NCBI GenBank assembly: GCA_036172245.1
Contig: JAYWIR010000008.1
Coordinates: forward strand, 1,860,001-1,924,000
Direction of reading: 5' to 3'
From: Raillietiella orientalis
Taxonomy: Eukaryota
DNA length: 64,000 nt
The notes below the pieces were generated by a model. That model was not told the origin of the DNA, did no database searches, and saw only the letters and a list, made by a program, of their open reading frames with translations. The translations under genes and the position numbers were made by a program. Position 1 is the stretch's first letter; every line of letters begins with the position of its first letter. This document shows positions 1 through 12,974 of the stretch, in pieces.

Positions 1-1227
1 TGAATCCGTACATGGAAACGAGAGAATTATTGAGAGATTGGCTTCTCGGACGCAGTTTGGATCTTTTTTTTTTTTTTTTTTTACCGCACTCCCACGCAGC
101 ATTTACTTTTCCCTGCAAGACGAGATGTGCTCGAAAATTTTCGCAGTCATGACGAGCGTTCTTCCCTGAGGAAGTCCTCCCGTTCCCATCGAGATGTTCC
201 CCACCGAATTTGAGGCAGTCGATTGCGCCATCGGATGGCAGATCACCACTCGATGATAGAGAGAAATTGGCAACCGCGAGATCAAAGAGATGAGTACCCA
301 TTTTGCTTACAGACTTTCTTTTGCTTGAAAAGCAGGCAGTCAGGCAAAAGAAAGAGATCAAGAGCTCTTGAGCCACAAACCGATCCTGTAATGAATTTTC
401 AAATTAGTTCTTTGTGTCACGCTGCTTCCGGATGCTTCCTGAAGAAGGCAATTTAAGAGCCTCCATTAATTTGAATGCGCGTTGCCGAACATCCGGAGGC
501 AGGATGGTGTTCTCGGAAACCAAGGGAGAGGATGCTGTGTTTACTCAGCGTGAGACAGCGGACGCAGTCATGCAACGCGCGGGTTGCATCTCTGGTAGTT
601 GCTCCAGAGCTACACGCCGTAGCCCCATCGCAAGTCCCATTAATCATGGGATCGAGCCATCGCAAGGATTTTCGAGGATTCCCCCGATGCGCCTCGAGTT
701 GGTGCTGGCAGCGAGTGGAGGAGGCGTCGGGAATTCCTCTGCGAGTAGCAGGGATGCGGGATTGCCCTTCAGGAGCACTCCCCCGCATCTCAATCGCGGA
801 TGCAGAACAACGCCGGCACTTTTCCCATTTACCTCGGGAGATTTCGAAAAAGGGGACTTTGGGCTCTGAAAGAGTTCCTCTGCCGTTTTCGGAAAATAAC
901 GCTCGATTCCATATTCCCAGATCTGTTATTTTGCTCCAATCGATAGAAAGAAAAGTTGCTCTGGATGCTACCAGGGATCACATTATATGCCGTGGCACAT
1001 TTAAGAATCCCAAGGGGCGACTTCCATAATGGAAAAACGTGAGGGTTCGACGCCACCGGGAGGAACTGGAACTTCTTTCGTAATCGAGGAAAATTTTGGT
1101 GAATTCGATCAATCAGCGGCTTGAGGTGAACAGTCGATAATTGCTGACCCAGTCGATTTTCTGGATCTCCTCTGCAATCATGTGGGAGGATGGCTGGTCC
1201 CACACGGAACCAAAACAAAGCTTGACA

Positions 1228-1320
1228 TAGGTAAGTTGGTCTGTGTAAGACGAATTAGGTGAGATAGGTTGGGTTATTGTTTGATTGCTTAGGTCGGGTA
1301 GGTTAATTTTCGGCTAGTTT
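1228..1320. repeat. Degenerate TAGG/TTAGG-rich low-complexity tract
   Basis: Several taggt/ttaggt/gggtt units in about 90 bp; begins at an AG|GTAAGT donor-like site (~1231). Confidence 0.4.
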
Positions 1321-3479
1321 ACGCGACAATCAGGAGCCCTGGGTGACCGCAGGTGAGTTGCAGATTGACCCAAGGCATTTTTTTTTCTCAATTGGATGAA
1401 AGAGGGTTGGAGGCAATTGAGACATCTAAAGGGGAAGTGGGTCTTTCGACGGTGAAAGGTCGACGGAATCTGTGAGGAAGAATGCTTTTTCGAACAAGCG
1501 CTGCTGAAAATTTAGAATCGAGACGAGGATGCAAAGGCTCTGCTGCAAAATCTATTGCAAGCTGGGTTGAGCTGCGCGGTGCCCGATGCTTAGAGCCTTC
1601 GTGGTACAGTCGGAAACCAGAGATGCGGCAAAGAGACAAGAACTTTGTAGACAGTCTCCCCGTTTTAGAAACAATGCTATTTCTCAGCTTCCACCGTTTG
1701 CTCTACCTCTTGCTACTTTATTGCTGGTGGATGAAGAAGAGTCTTCGATAGGAGTTCGATGTTCCCTGTTGAGCGGTTCAGCGCCAGGATTCCAACCCGC
1801 AGCTTTCTGGCGTGCTTCAAAAGATTCCCTTTATTGGTCCAAGTCCGTTTTCACAATTTCCGGCATTCCACGGATCTAGAGTTCGACTTCTCTATTCACA
1901 CAATCGACCTTGTAGAGCTGCTCTTGGTCTTTTGAATGTGTTCCAAGCAATATGTCCAGTAGATCTCCAGTGTTGGATGCATGACGATGCCATCATCGCT
2001 CGTGCGGATTCAGAAGCATGATGCACTGCTTCATCTATTAAAGACGGCAGCATCCTTCATTGCTGTCTCCAACAGAGCTGGGAAGTGGTTTCTGCAAGAA
2101 ACTCATCTCTGGAATGGATGTTCGTCTTTGTTCTGATCGGATTTTGTTCAAGAGGAGAAGAATGTTCATGCTGGAGCTTGGCTGCTCTTTGGAGAGCACC
2201 TCTGACTTGTTCAGAGGGGTTCCAGAGAGAAAGGAACGAAACACAAAAATCTCTCTGTCGCCTTATCGACCACAGATGTTTACGTGGCTATCCGAACCTT
2301 ATTAGTTGGCTCTTCGAGATTCGGGCTTCCCCCATAAGTGAAGGTGTTGAGAGGTGTTGCAAGAGCTGGAGTCCTCGATGCTAAACCTCGAGAAAATGAG
2401 GTGCTTTATGGCTGCCCGTGACATCCGTCATGTCTTAGTTATCTATTAGTCCCATAGGTTAGATGGAGGAAGCACACGAAATCTCGATTCCCAACTACCA
2501 ACCGATGCAGACATAGACGCTAGACTTTTGACTCCCTTACCGCATCCATGGAGGGAGCACAGAAATGGGTGGACGGTGTGTGGATATCCTGGCTTCTTAA
2601 TTTCATGATTTCCCTCCTTCCACCCGGATTTGGGACTTTCGGCTCCTTCAGAATTGCGTCATTCTTGCATCCCGAGGATCCAACCAAGCAACGGCGTTTA
2701 CACGAACCGCCGCTTGTTCCTTTAAGCAAAGGCTTATTGATCGGACCTCCTCTCGCAAGATGGTCCCGTCTTAACAATAGAAGGATTTTCTTTCCGATCC
2801 TTATGACCCGGGGGAACTTTTCCACCCAACAGTTTATTGTGGAAGGTCGAAACCCGGATGCGAGCGAACTGGAATGATTCCCATTAGTCCCATTAGTCTT
2901 AAATCTTGCACGCCTGTCCCGCATTGCAAGAGGACGTTTCCTCGAGTGATAAACTCCAACAACTTCCGACTGAATGTCCATCTCACGCTGGTGTTCCAGC
3001 GCGAGAAGCAGATATCTTCCCTTAGAGACACATCAGCGGGCTGGAACCTTGAAATTTCGACCCTTACATGGATCTCCAACGAACTGTTTCCGCGCATCCT
3101 TTCTAGGGAGAGCACCGGTCTCCAGATGAATGGCGAGGCGATGCTCAATCAGAAAAGTGTTCGATGTTCCTCAGCAAACGTTCTTCATCAAGTGGCCAAT
3201 TCCGATTCCTCAAGAACTGATCCTTCATAAATTCTGTGCACGGGCAATCCCTCTTCGCGCTTCGGGTAAAAAGCCTAGCCGGAAGAGCTCAGAGAATGAG
3301 ATGCAGCCCGTCAAATCGCTGACTGCTGTGCTCCATTCCCTGGGCTGCTACTTTCGCTCTGTCCATTCGTTTCGAGAGGATGTCAACGAGACGGCGCCAC
3401 GAAACAAATGGCTACACAGTCGACTGCAGAGTGGATGTTTTCGAGCACGCGGTTAATCTTCCAAGCACGTGGCTGTCTC

Positions 3480-4244
3480 CTGTGGGATTCCCAGAACACT
3501 TATTTTATACATTTAAAATAGGGAAATGAAATTTATTCAGCCACAGGAGGGGGAACACGTGCCGACCCGAAACGAAAGGACTGATCTTACTGGGAAGGGA
3601 GGAAGGGCAAGGGGACAGAAATAGGAAAGAGAGGAGAGAGGGCCGGTGAATAAATAAATTAATTAATTAAGAGTGGAGCAGACCGGTATTGCAGTACTAG
3701 TATGATTTCTGAGGGCCTTCGCAGAGCTAGGAAGAGGTGGGGAGGAGAATGCAATCACCGGTGTCGGGTGATTCTGCGCACAATCGCCCATAGTTCCTCC
3801 TATGTAACAGGCCACTTCATTGCCCTTCGCTTCTCCCCTTCGCTTCTTCGCCTCACCTCCCTCCATTTCTGAGGTCACAGCTGCTCACACGTGACAGGAT
3901 CGTCAGCGAGCAAGCAGGCGACTGGCAGCCCTGGATGAGTGAGCATTTCTTTAAACACGTCCCGTAATTCAGCGGCCCTCTTCCACCCCTGAAACCCCAC
4001 TCAGTCTTTCATACCCCGAAAGCTCTGGAACTCTTTAGGACAGTTTCCTTCCACTATTCTGTTATTGTTGGATTGTTTGGGCACTCTCCTCGCTGAGACG
4101 AGGTGAATTTCCTCGTTTCTAGGAAGGCTCCAGCGCACCTGCAAGATGGAAGCCTTTTGACAGCGTGCAGGAAGGGAGGAGTCTCGCCTTCTTGCAGGGG
4201 GCTCACAGAGCTCTTCGACACTATCCATGCGACCCAGGATTGCA
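3480..4244 (-). mobile_element. Possible old LINE 3' fragment
   Basis: Purine-rich block at 3510-3670 has the same composition as the antisense 3' UTRs of the LINE copies below; it interrupts Dicer copy A. No clear ORF motif. Confidence 0.3.
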
Positions 4245-5000
4245 TGTGACCTTTTAAGTTACAGGGGGAAACTCCTGAGGGTCACCCTATGGATCCAGGA
4301 GGGCTCCGGATGAAGGAGTCCGTTCCTCTTAAGTTTAGGGGGGAAAAGGGAACAAGGGTTCCCCAAAGAGAACCCTCTCTTTGGATGTCTCCGAAGGGAA
4401 CATCGAAGGAAATCTCTTCCTTGTTCCCCCTCGGAGGAACCTCCCGTAGAGGGTCGGTCCTCGTTTCTTCTCCGAAGAAAACCCGTAAGGGAACGGTTCC
4501 TTGTTACTCCTCTGAAAAGAATCCCGGAGGAACACTCCCAAATTTGTCTGAAGGGCGTTGCCCAATGGGAGCAGAGCGCTTCTGACAAACTGGGTAGACA
4601 GCGCCCTAAGAAAGGGAGGGAAGGAAGGAACCTGAAGGGAATTCTTATTCTCTCCAAAGAGACTCTATGGATGAGGGCATTTCATTATTTCTTCTCCGGA
4701 GGGACTCCCTGGAAAGGAACCGCTTCCTGTTTCCTCCTCTGAAGAGAACCCCGAAGAAACGCTTCCCCATTTTTCTCTGAAGGGCTTTCTCCGAAAAGAG
4801 CAGCGCGCTTCTTACACTCTGGAGAGGCAACCCCCTGAGAGAGGTGTCAGCCAGCTCCACAGTACGCGATGGAGGGCCCCTCCTCGAGGGGAGTGACGGC
4901 TTCATTTGCACAATCGGAGGGGAACCCTAGAAAGAACCGCCTTCCTGATCCCTGGAAGAACCCCGGATGGTCAGACATCCGGAGATTTCCGTCTTCCAAC
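4245..5000 (-). mobile_element. SINE-like element (body and tail with 39-bp tandem repeat; head missing or displaced)
   Basis: Colinear with 61320-61830 (e.g. ccagctccacagtacgcgatggag vs gcagctccatggtacgcgatggag) and reverse-similar to 6350-6780 and 28790-29250; 39-bp periodicity (ccgtagaggg at 4444, ccgtaaggga at 4483). Confidence 0.7.
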
Positions 5001-5004
5001 AGCC

Positions 5005-5439
5005 TTTCCACCGGCTGCATCCCTAGCAGCACTTTGCTGCCCAATCAGTGGGACCGTGGCTGCATGGAACAGCGCCAGAGAAGGCCAGAACGACAAGGAC
5101 GTCATCTACTCTGCTGTCCTCTTCATGAGGACAGCGTCAAGATGGTCCCATCTGGAAGTCTTGAAACGGGAACTTGCCGGGATCCTTACGAGGACACCCT
5201 CCAGCACACAGTGATCCCTTCCCGAACCCCTCTAGTTTTTTTAACTGTATTTATTTTTGTTTTATTTTTTTCTTTTTGTTTGTCGTCCCTTTCCCTGTGC
5301 TGCCGAGGCGAACCCCGCTGGCCTGAGTGCCAGTTCCCGGAAAGTTTCTGCTCGTAGTTATAAGTAACATGGCGGAATCAGATGTTCTGTCACAGGCGTT
5401 TATTTTTCATGAATAAATGCCTGGCATGACCCGGTGTCA
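5005..5439 (+). mobile_element. LINE family A, 5'-truncated 3' end
   Basis: Closely similar to the reverse complements of 28243-28690 and 55475-55915 (gatggtcccatctggaagtcttgaaacgggaacttgcc...); AATAAA (5412) + cctgg-catga-cccgg + tgtca terminus. Confidence 0.8.
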
Positions 5440-6149
5440 ACCAGCGCCGCATCGTTTGCAAGACAGCTCATGCAGTCGGCAAACTGGCTGTGCCTCACGC
5501 TGCTCGGAGAGTCGGGGACCAGTCTTACAAGGGACGACGTAGCATCCTGAGATCAACAGCGATCTGTGACCGTGGCTGCTTTTATCACAAAAGCCGGAGT
5601 ATTGAGACGTGAGAAGGGAAGATATGGAGAAGTATCTGCTCTTTGGAACATCCTGCGATAAAAAGGCTTCTTGCGAAACTGCAGCAAAGGTATCACCACA
5701 AGCCAGAATCCTTGCATTCTGCAGATGCTGGCTTCTTGGATTGCTCTGGAGGCGAAACTTTTCGATTCTCCCGCCGGAACGAGGAAATAATTCAGGAACC
5801 TCTAGATCGCCAAGAATACTCCCTCAGTAAAAGAGGCCCCAGTGCGGATGGGAACGGAAACCATGTGCGGAGAAAACGCTGTTTCCTGGGAACTGTTTCC
5901 CGAGAAATTTTTGGGAAAATGTGAACTGAGTGCAGAAACTCGACGAACACTGAGATGATCTTTCGACTGCAGATTCAGGAGGCAGTGGTGCGGTTAGATC
6001 AGTACTACTTGTCATTTTCTGAGCAACCGTTCTGTGCACGTTTCTCGCGTCCACAGAGGTTTGTATTTTCCAGTGCGTCGCTCCTCTGGTAGCCACACTT
6101 CGATTGCAGCTTCTGTTCTCTTCTATACCACTTTCTTCGTAGCCACATG

Positions 6150-6790
6150 GCTTTCAACGCGGATCGTGGTGACTGCAGTCTCCGCCCGTGGGTGCTACCA
6201 CGCGTCTCGGGTTCGAATCCCACTCGGAGAAGCATCGACGCCGAGAAATGAGGGGTGCGTTGTGGGTTTCAAGCCCACCCCACGCAGGATTGCGCTGTTG
6301 GCCTTAGAATTCTGGAGCTGCGCTGGTTTAAGCAGCCGGAAATCTCCTAATGTCCCCGTTGAGTGACTGGAATCAAAAGCTGACCCTCCTGTGTTCTTCC
6401 AGGAATTAAGGACCTGGTTCCCTTCGGGTTTCCCTTTTGGTTTTGGCTCAGAAGGCTCCACTCCTCTTCGGAGTGCCAAGAAGCGCGCAGCTTCCTTCGA
6501 GGAGCGCCCTTCAAAGAAATTGGGAAGCGTTCTATCGAGGTTTTCTTCAGAAGAGGTGGAAACGGAGAGGTTCCTGCCCAGGAGGTCCCTCTGGAGAAGA
6601 AAAGAAGGACGTCCCCTTCGGGAACCCCTCCTGAGAGAATAAGGAAGAGATTACCTTCGGGGTTCCCTTCCAAGCGTGATAGAAACGGATTCCTTCCTCC
6701 GAAGCCTTTCCCGGTCCCTAGGGTGGTCCCTCCGGGGCTGCTCCCTAGCGTGAAGAGTCACATTCCCCTTCGAGTGATGTGGTTTCAAGA
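6150..6790 (+). mobile_element. tRNA-derived SINE-like element
   Basis: Pol III B-box GGTTCGAATCC at 6210-6220 followed by the conserved atcgacgccgag..gggtgcg..gtgggtttc block, also present at ~28150 and ~41563; 39-bp repeat body; tail ..tgaagagtcac. Confidence 0.7.
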
Positions 6791-6849
6791 GCTTCGTGAA
6801 CCCTCCCCTCCCTAAGGAGGAGGACGGTTACTTTTCCCATATCCAAAGA

Positions 6850-8300
6850 AAACAACACGATGATCATCTCCCTAATGCTAGACCCATTCTCAAAGCAATG
6901 ATCTCATCAATACTCAGGATGCGCTCCTCGATGATGGTGGTCTTGATCTCTGCATAGGAATGCCTGCGGAGAGATCGTCAGGTGCCATGGAAACCGGATA
7001 CCATTCCCCTCTCCCGTACTTCCCTTCATCTCTCGGCCGGCCTGTCGGCATGCTGGTGTTTCGTGGGGATGCCGCCCCTTCAAGAAGCTACCACAAAATG
7101 ACTGAAATTCTGGCCTTGTGCTTTCCGCATCTGGGCTCTACATTAATCGTGAAGCCGACTGAATGGAAGCTGGAAAAGGCTCTCATCCGAGAAGATCCTC
7201 ACGTGCCTTGAAGGAGTGGCGAGCGTGCAGCCCTGTTGTCTAAACAGACTGATGATCGGCAAGCTTCCAAGAAACTTTCACGGGACAGCACACGTGATCT
7301 TCCCGGATCCGGTGCCGTTAGCGCCTCCAGACCAGAAATTCCCATCCTACAGCGCGAGTGAGCGGGTCGACTTCTCGGCTTCTTGATCTTTAATGTGGCC
7401 TCTGGGCCGTTTCTGAGGAACGTCAAAGGAATCTCTTGGCATACGCAGGTGACCCGGTCCTTCCGACGGCCTGCGGGCAGACTTTGGCATGATCCTCATC
7501 GTGCGGAAGCACTCTAGTCGTCAGGAGAGGATGGAAAGCTGTCCGGCGTTGCCGGAAAGCAAAATCCACAGAAAAGAATGGCGAACCACTCGGTTAGCTG
7601 AATGGATTGCAGCCGGATCTACAGGGCGCATTTCTCAGCAGATCAAAGACTGAAACGCTAAGAAAAATCGCACTTTTGAAACTGAGGAGCAGAAAGAAGT
7701 TCGAACTTTCCTTAACTAATTTTTCTTGGCGTTTCGATCCTCACGAGGCTGTCATCAATCTCACGAGAGAGCCCTGCAGATCTCTCCGAGACTCTTGATT
7801 GCAACAAAAACTTTGCTGCCTGCCTTCCGGCAACCCAGAAACCAGCAGTTTCACTGCCAAGTAGGACTGGCAAGAAATCTTCGGTCTGATCTCAGCGAAG
7901 ACCTTTTGCTTGCCACTTGTCCTGATGTCAGTGTCGAGCGTGCATGATATCAACTCAGCGGTCAGGAGATTGGCTGCCACTTTCAGATGACATGCTACAG
8001 AGATGATGATGCTCAAGCTGACGAGAATTTTGATCCTTCGCTTCCTCCAAGTGAGATTCAGTTACCCGTCGCATTTTGCTGGCATAATTGCCATGGTGCC
8101 CATATCACATTCGCGCACATCTGCTGAGGACAACGTTCCATTAGGGATGCACATTGACTCGTCGTCTCTCGTCGTCGTCTTCTCTTGATCCTTTGGAGAT
8201 AAGAACACCCTCTACAAAGATCTCTCATATTCTGAAACCACGCATTTTTATCCTAAGCACTCAGAATGCAGCTAGGTGCATCTGCACAGTTTGGAGGCCA
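6850..8300 (+). pseudogene. Dcr: Dicer-like pseudogene copy B (helicase part only)
   Basis: SLGRPVGMLVFRGDAAPSRSYHKMTEILALC (~7029-7121; cf. [29 protein letters not shown]); RIWAL..LNG (cf. RILGLTASILNG); HELICc RNLRSDLSEDLLLATC..SVERA (~7872-7944; cf. KFR..NLLIATSIVEEG). Confidence 0.6.
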
Positions 8301-8599
8301 ACTGGAATGAGGAAGTTGGCTGGAGCCATGTTCCAATTTTGGTCCACCTGCCTTGTGTTTGGGGAGACGAAAAAACTGCGTGTGGAAGGGGAAGGGGAGA
8401 GGAGAACAAAGAGGCAAAAACCAGGAAGTTGGGATCATCTGAACCGCGCCAAAAAAGCAGTTTGCTTGCATCTTTCTTCACATCAGACTTCCAAGATCCC
8501 TCTGGAAAAATTTTTTTCCCTCAGTATTCGCGCCGACGGTAGTAGCTCCAGGAGAGTTCTCCTCGACCTTTCAGCGCACGCAACTGTTGCTTCGGAAAA

Positions 8600-11500
8600 C
8601 TCGCTCTCTGTTCCCACACAAAAATTCGGTGCTCGAGGAACGTTCTTCGACCAGGTTGGTCTGGAAGGTCAGTTCACGTTGTCGTGCGTGATTGCCCAGT
8701 GCGAGTGCCGTCGGCCGTCGCCAAGAAGACGTCTCTCTCTGCTTGTTCCGGGCACTTCGGGTAGGGGAGGGGCAAAGCCCTCCAATTTATCCTCCCTCCG
8801 CTACTGCAAGATGTCATCTCGGCAAGTCAGCGTCGATCAGACAGGTCGAGGATGACCATGCGCCCAGGGATTCTCTGGGTCCTGCTTTCTGCGTTCCCGC
8901 CGCTCCTCTAGCTGGCAGCCAACCGCGAGACGGAAATCGTGAAACGCGGCGATGCGTCGGGCAAGGGGCAAGGCCGAGGTGCACCTTGGGTGCTGAGACG
9001 TACCTGGAATCATCTTCCAGGAAAGGGCCATCAAAAGGAACAGGAACTGGACATGAGCTTACAGTCAGCACTTTGGGTGTCACCAAAGGGGACGCCAGGT
9101 TCCCCGAGGAATTGGGATCGACTGAAGCGTGACCAAAGGCTGTTTGCATGAAACCGCAGTGCATACCAAACCCTCAGAGGTCTCTCTGACTCACTCTCTA
9201 CTGCCATTGCCGGGACTGAAGGCGGCATCTCCAGGAGGGCTCGCGTCCCGACCCTCCCAAGACCATTTCCGTTCTTATGGAACCTACCATTCTCCTCCGA
9301 CGGAGCTCCGGAAGGCAAAAAGAACTCTGGCCAGGAAGCTGGGGCTAAACTCGACTCTTCAGCACCACTCGTCCCCAGGACCACTTTGCTTTTTCAGGAG
9401 AGAGTTGAGAACTCCTCAGGAGATTCCAGTCTTCCAAGGTTGCCATCGTGCAGTCCTCAGCAAACCACACCTTCCATGAGGTCTGACAGGCGTGCCACGG
9501 GGAAGAGAGGCGTGACCGGCCGTTTGCTCCGCTCCACAGCTCCACTTGTTCTCACTGAAATTCTCTCATTGAAGGTGCTCTCGAAGCTGATGGTCAGTGC
9601 TGTGCCGCTCATCCATATGAAGTTTGACTGCAGTTGCGGTCAGTTCAGCTCCAAGGCTTACACTAGTTCGCGTTGTTGGATGGAAACGCGCTCCGACCAG
9701 AGGGCATTTCGAAATCGGAGATTCCACTCAGAGCCTCCTACTCACTCACTCGGACGCTCGTGCAGTCATCAAGATGGGCATGCGCGCTCCCACCGACACG
9801 GCAGAGTAAAGTGGCACCGAGGCGAAGAGCATCTCTCGCAAGTCGGTCCAGGTTCCCAGCTCTCCCCATCTCCAGCTCACGGGAGTGTACCCGCAGAATC
9901 CTCAAGCGATCCTGCGGAGCCTGTGAGGTAGTAATGTGCACCAATGGCATTGGAAGGCATCAGATTGTGAGTTGCACCAGGCCATTCTCCTGATCTCCTT
10001 CTCTTCTGTCGGAGCCTCGGCGTATGGATGTTGTAAGGACGAACTGCCTCCAAGGATGGTGACGCTAGAGAAGTGATGCACAGGAGCATCCCAAACACTC
10101 TGGTTCAATCTATGATTCCGGTCAACGAAAAGAAGCGGAAAGCGAGTGAAGCGAACTGCTTATCTGAGTTTTGCTGGTAAGAGGTGATCTGTGAGCCTCC
10201 CGTGGGTCGCCACGCAGCCCACTCAGCCACTGGCCATTGATAATGAGTGCCTAGCACGGAAACAAGGATTCGCTCTGGCATATGAGTAAAAAGGAGAGAT
10301 TGTGACCTTGTGAAATGCCCTCTGGCTCAGACATGGGGTGAAACTCAGCCGCACACCCCGAATCACTCTGTGTTACTTTCGACTGTGCTGCAGGAGGCAG
10401 AATGCCTTCATGAGCTTCACCGAGAAAGCCCTCGATGATCGCTTCCTCGTTTCATATGCAGTGACTGAGGGTGTGCTTCAGGGTCTTCAAAGTCGAGTGG
10501 ACAAGCTTCTTGCGCTCGTCGCTAGTGGGTGCTGCTCGCACAAGTGCTGGATTGAGTCGCACAGGATGAGTAAATCTGCAATCAGGGATAGTCTTGAATT
10601 TCTACCATTCAGCAAGAAATGTGTCGGTGCACACTGCTCTTCTGAGAAGGACATGGCTCTCCCTTGATTAGAATGCCAGTCACTGAGGGAAGACTCTGTT
10701 TCCTCGCGCTGGCGGTGATCCCCTTCCTCATATGCTCGTGGGAAATTGCATCTTCATTAGTAATCCCCGATTCGCTTCCCTGAAAGCCCCACCTTACCCT
10801 TCTGCGGCATGTGTTTGTCTTCCCACCATCCACATATTGCTCACGCCATTGCATTTCCCATTGGTGAATCTTGGCAAGCATGAACCAAAGTTCTCATTCT
10901 CAGTTGTGCAAAATAGTGTGTGCTCTTTAGCACCGTCCATAGTATTTTTCAGGTAGAATCCCGAACTACTAGGCCTGGTGACTTTGACATTGCAAAAGCT
11001 GCCTGCGTGGAAATCAATGGTTTCTTTAGGATAATTCAGAAGTCCGAGGAGCCCCTTCCAGCGAACTGTATATATGCAATTGTTGGCAACGTTGTTGGAG
11101 GATCCGTGGACTTCACGAAGGAAGCAGATTCATACTGTGTGCTCACCTTTAGCTCTCAGGAGGAACCCAAGCGCCAGCCTACATGACGTCAGTATCGATA
11201 CGTTGACATCCCGGAATTCCAAGTACAACGATGCTGTGCAAAAACTGGACATTTAAAGAACGCATCCCAGGCATCTCTGGTTATTGAAAGGAGTGATATA
11301 GGACTAAAAGAGTCAGCACATCTTTTCCATCCTGAACATCTCTGCATGTCCTGTCCATTTTCTACCCCTGTCTATATAAGTCATGGTATTATTTCCAAAA
11401 ATCCTCCACTACCGTCCACATCGGCTGGTACCAGCTCTTCCTGAGAGTCGGCGTTCTGGGAGCTCCCTCTGTAGAGAGGAGTATGTGCAAACCTATAGGA

Positions 11501-12700
11501 TCAATAAACATCGTGGCCATATCCAATGTAAGGGACAATAAGACACCTCATCTCGTCGAGATGTAGCTTTGAGGTCTCCAGCTCGCTCATCACCTCTTTA
11601 CTTAGGGGACCCAGGACAACTAAAGAACCAACCAGTAAGGCTCGGCCTGAAGGTCCGTGATCGAAGAGGAGATGGAAAGATCTTCCTGGATTAGGCCATT
11701 TCTCCGTCCTATGCACGTAAGAGGCGATGGTGACTGTAGGTGGTTCGCCGGGATGTCGGCCAAATTCCTTCTCCCTCCATTCTGGAAACCATTGATGCTC
11801 GTAAGTGGCAGAGAATTGCGGGCGATGAGGCGGCAGGCAAACCTGGAGACCTGAACGTCTTCCTAAAGAGGACTTCAAGGAAGGCACTGTGGAACCGAAG
11901 TGCTTTGGCAATGCTCTGCCATCCCTGATGCAGCCTTTTTCATTCCAGCAGTACTTACGGAAGTGCTTCGACTGACCTAAGATGGGGACGTTCATTGAGA
12001 AACTCTCCCCACTGAGTTCGTGGTGGGGTTCTTCGTTTCGAGGGATTGTCCAGTGCATCGAAAAGGGAGAACGAAAGCGTTGACCAGGGAGCATGGGATC
12101 TCAAAGTCCTCCCTAGAAATCCCCAGAGAATTCAACCATCTTTGGAGGACCTTGAGTTCAAGCATCTGGAGTGAACGATTTCGCTAGAAGATTGATTCGC
12201 CACTGACGATCAGTGATCTCGGAGATGCGAAGACTCCAACCTCGAGATCCCCGCAACGTGAGAACTTGGAAAAGCAGGCGTGACCGTACGGAGATCTCGG
12301 TGTTGGGAGAAAGCCTTAGGTGGTGAACCAGGTCGAACTCAACAGTCTCTCCAGCACACTCCCGAGAACCGGTCCTCCCCTGCAGCAATAAAGCGAATCA
12401 TACGGAGGTAACTGTGAAAAATCCCTCCCATGCCGTTTCTTTATGCTTTGAGGTTTTCCCGTGGTAAATTTGCAAGACGCTGGGTGTTTCTGATGGCAAG
12501 TGCATGTGCTCAACGTTCCCACGAAGGCAAGCCGGACAATTCGTGTTCAGTGCAGCACTCTTCCGCGTCATCTCTCCGTATGCGTCTGGCGAGAGATCAT
12601 GCCCTTTGCACTTTCGAAGGGACACTGATGAATCCGATTGTGGTGATGCTGTGCATGCAAACGAGGATGAAGCTGAGTTGAAAGGTCGGGAATGATCGTG
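8600..12700 (+). pseudogene. Dcr: Dicer-like pseudogene copy C (near full length)
   Basis: STLGVT (~9067); HELICc KVLSKLM..KFDCSCG, AFRN, RQSK (~9572-9812); DUF283 CLHELH/(frameshift)KALDDRFL (~10402-10448); PAZ-connector FHPEHLC and FPKILHY (~11324-11412; cf. LVPELC..LPSILY); RNase IIIa AHHLF/GDPGQL and KFLLPPFWKP (~11585-11790); RNase IIIb KALTREH..QRIQ (~12074-12135). Confidence 0.65.
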
Positions 12701-12974
12701 GAAAGATGAAAGACACGGAAAACACGTCCATGTGCTTCAAAAAAAAGTCTGAAACAGTCCTTCTAGGGGAGGACAATTTTTGTCTTGGACAAGAGTCGCA
12801 GAGTATAGCAAGTGATGCAGGCGGAACCCTTTCGTCTATCAGAGATCATGCCGAGTGAATCAGACCGTAACTCCGCTCACGATTTTCTTATTTGGGTTTC
12901 ACCATGGATTTGTGTTCTTGGGAGAGATACAAGACAAAATCAGCTTGAGAGGCTTCCATCATATGTAATAGAAG

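Larger units (their letters stand above)
1..5720 (+). pseudogene. Dcr: Dicer-like pseudogene copy A (5' end at or beyond window edge; interrupted by repeats at about 3480-5450)
   Basis: Colinear degenerate motifs in shifting frames: HELICc-like ERMLCLL..ASLVVAPEL (~530-610); DUF283 end IERKVALDATRDHIICRG..RLP (~943-1026; cf. human AERVVAL..LHKIGELDDHLMP); RNase IIIa NLISWLFEIRASPISEG (~2295-2345) and FGTFGSFRIASFL (~2629-2667); RNase IIIb WISNELFPR..STG..EAMLN (~3069-3149) and KSLTAVLHSLGCYF (3313-3354); dsRBD end FGTSCDKKASCETAAKV (~5642-5692). Many stops and frameshifts. Confidence 0.6.

Noticed and set aside
1390..2000. Minus-strand C2H2 zinc-finger-like words (GNLLKH, PFRCLNC)
   Set aside because: No complete finger or array; the region lies antisense within Dicer copy A, so probably chance.
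3550..3600. cgaaac..ctgat as a hammerhead ribozyme
   Set aside because: The CUGAnGA core is incomplete and I could not find flanking stems.
4350..4800. Regular 39-bp repeats as a CRISPR array
   Set aside because: Units are contiguous and diverged with no unique spacers, there are no cas genes, the context is eukaryotic, and they are part of a dispersed repeat.
6160..6230. GGTTCGAATCC as a genuine tRNA gene (also 28128, 41542, 61930)
   Set aside because: I could not fold a cloverleaf, and each B-box is fused to the same long repeat body, as expected for a SINE head.
8154..8855. 233-aa ORF and the other 100-200 aa ORFs of the track as functional genes
   Set aside because: No recognisable domain over their length; many are antisense or off-frame readings of pseudogenes and repeats, with non-ATG starts.
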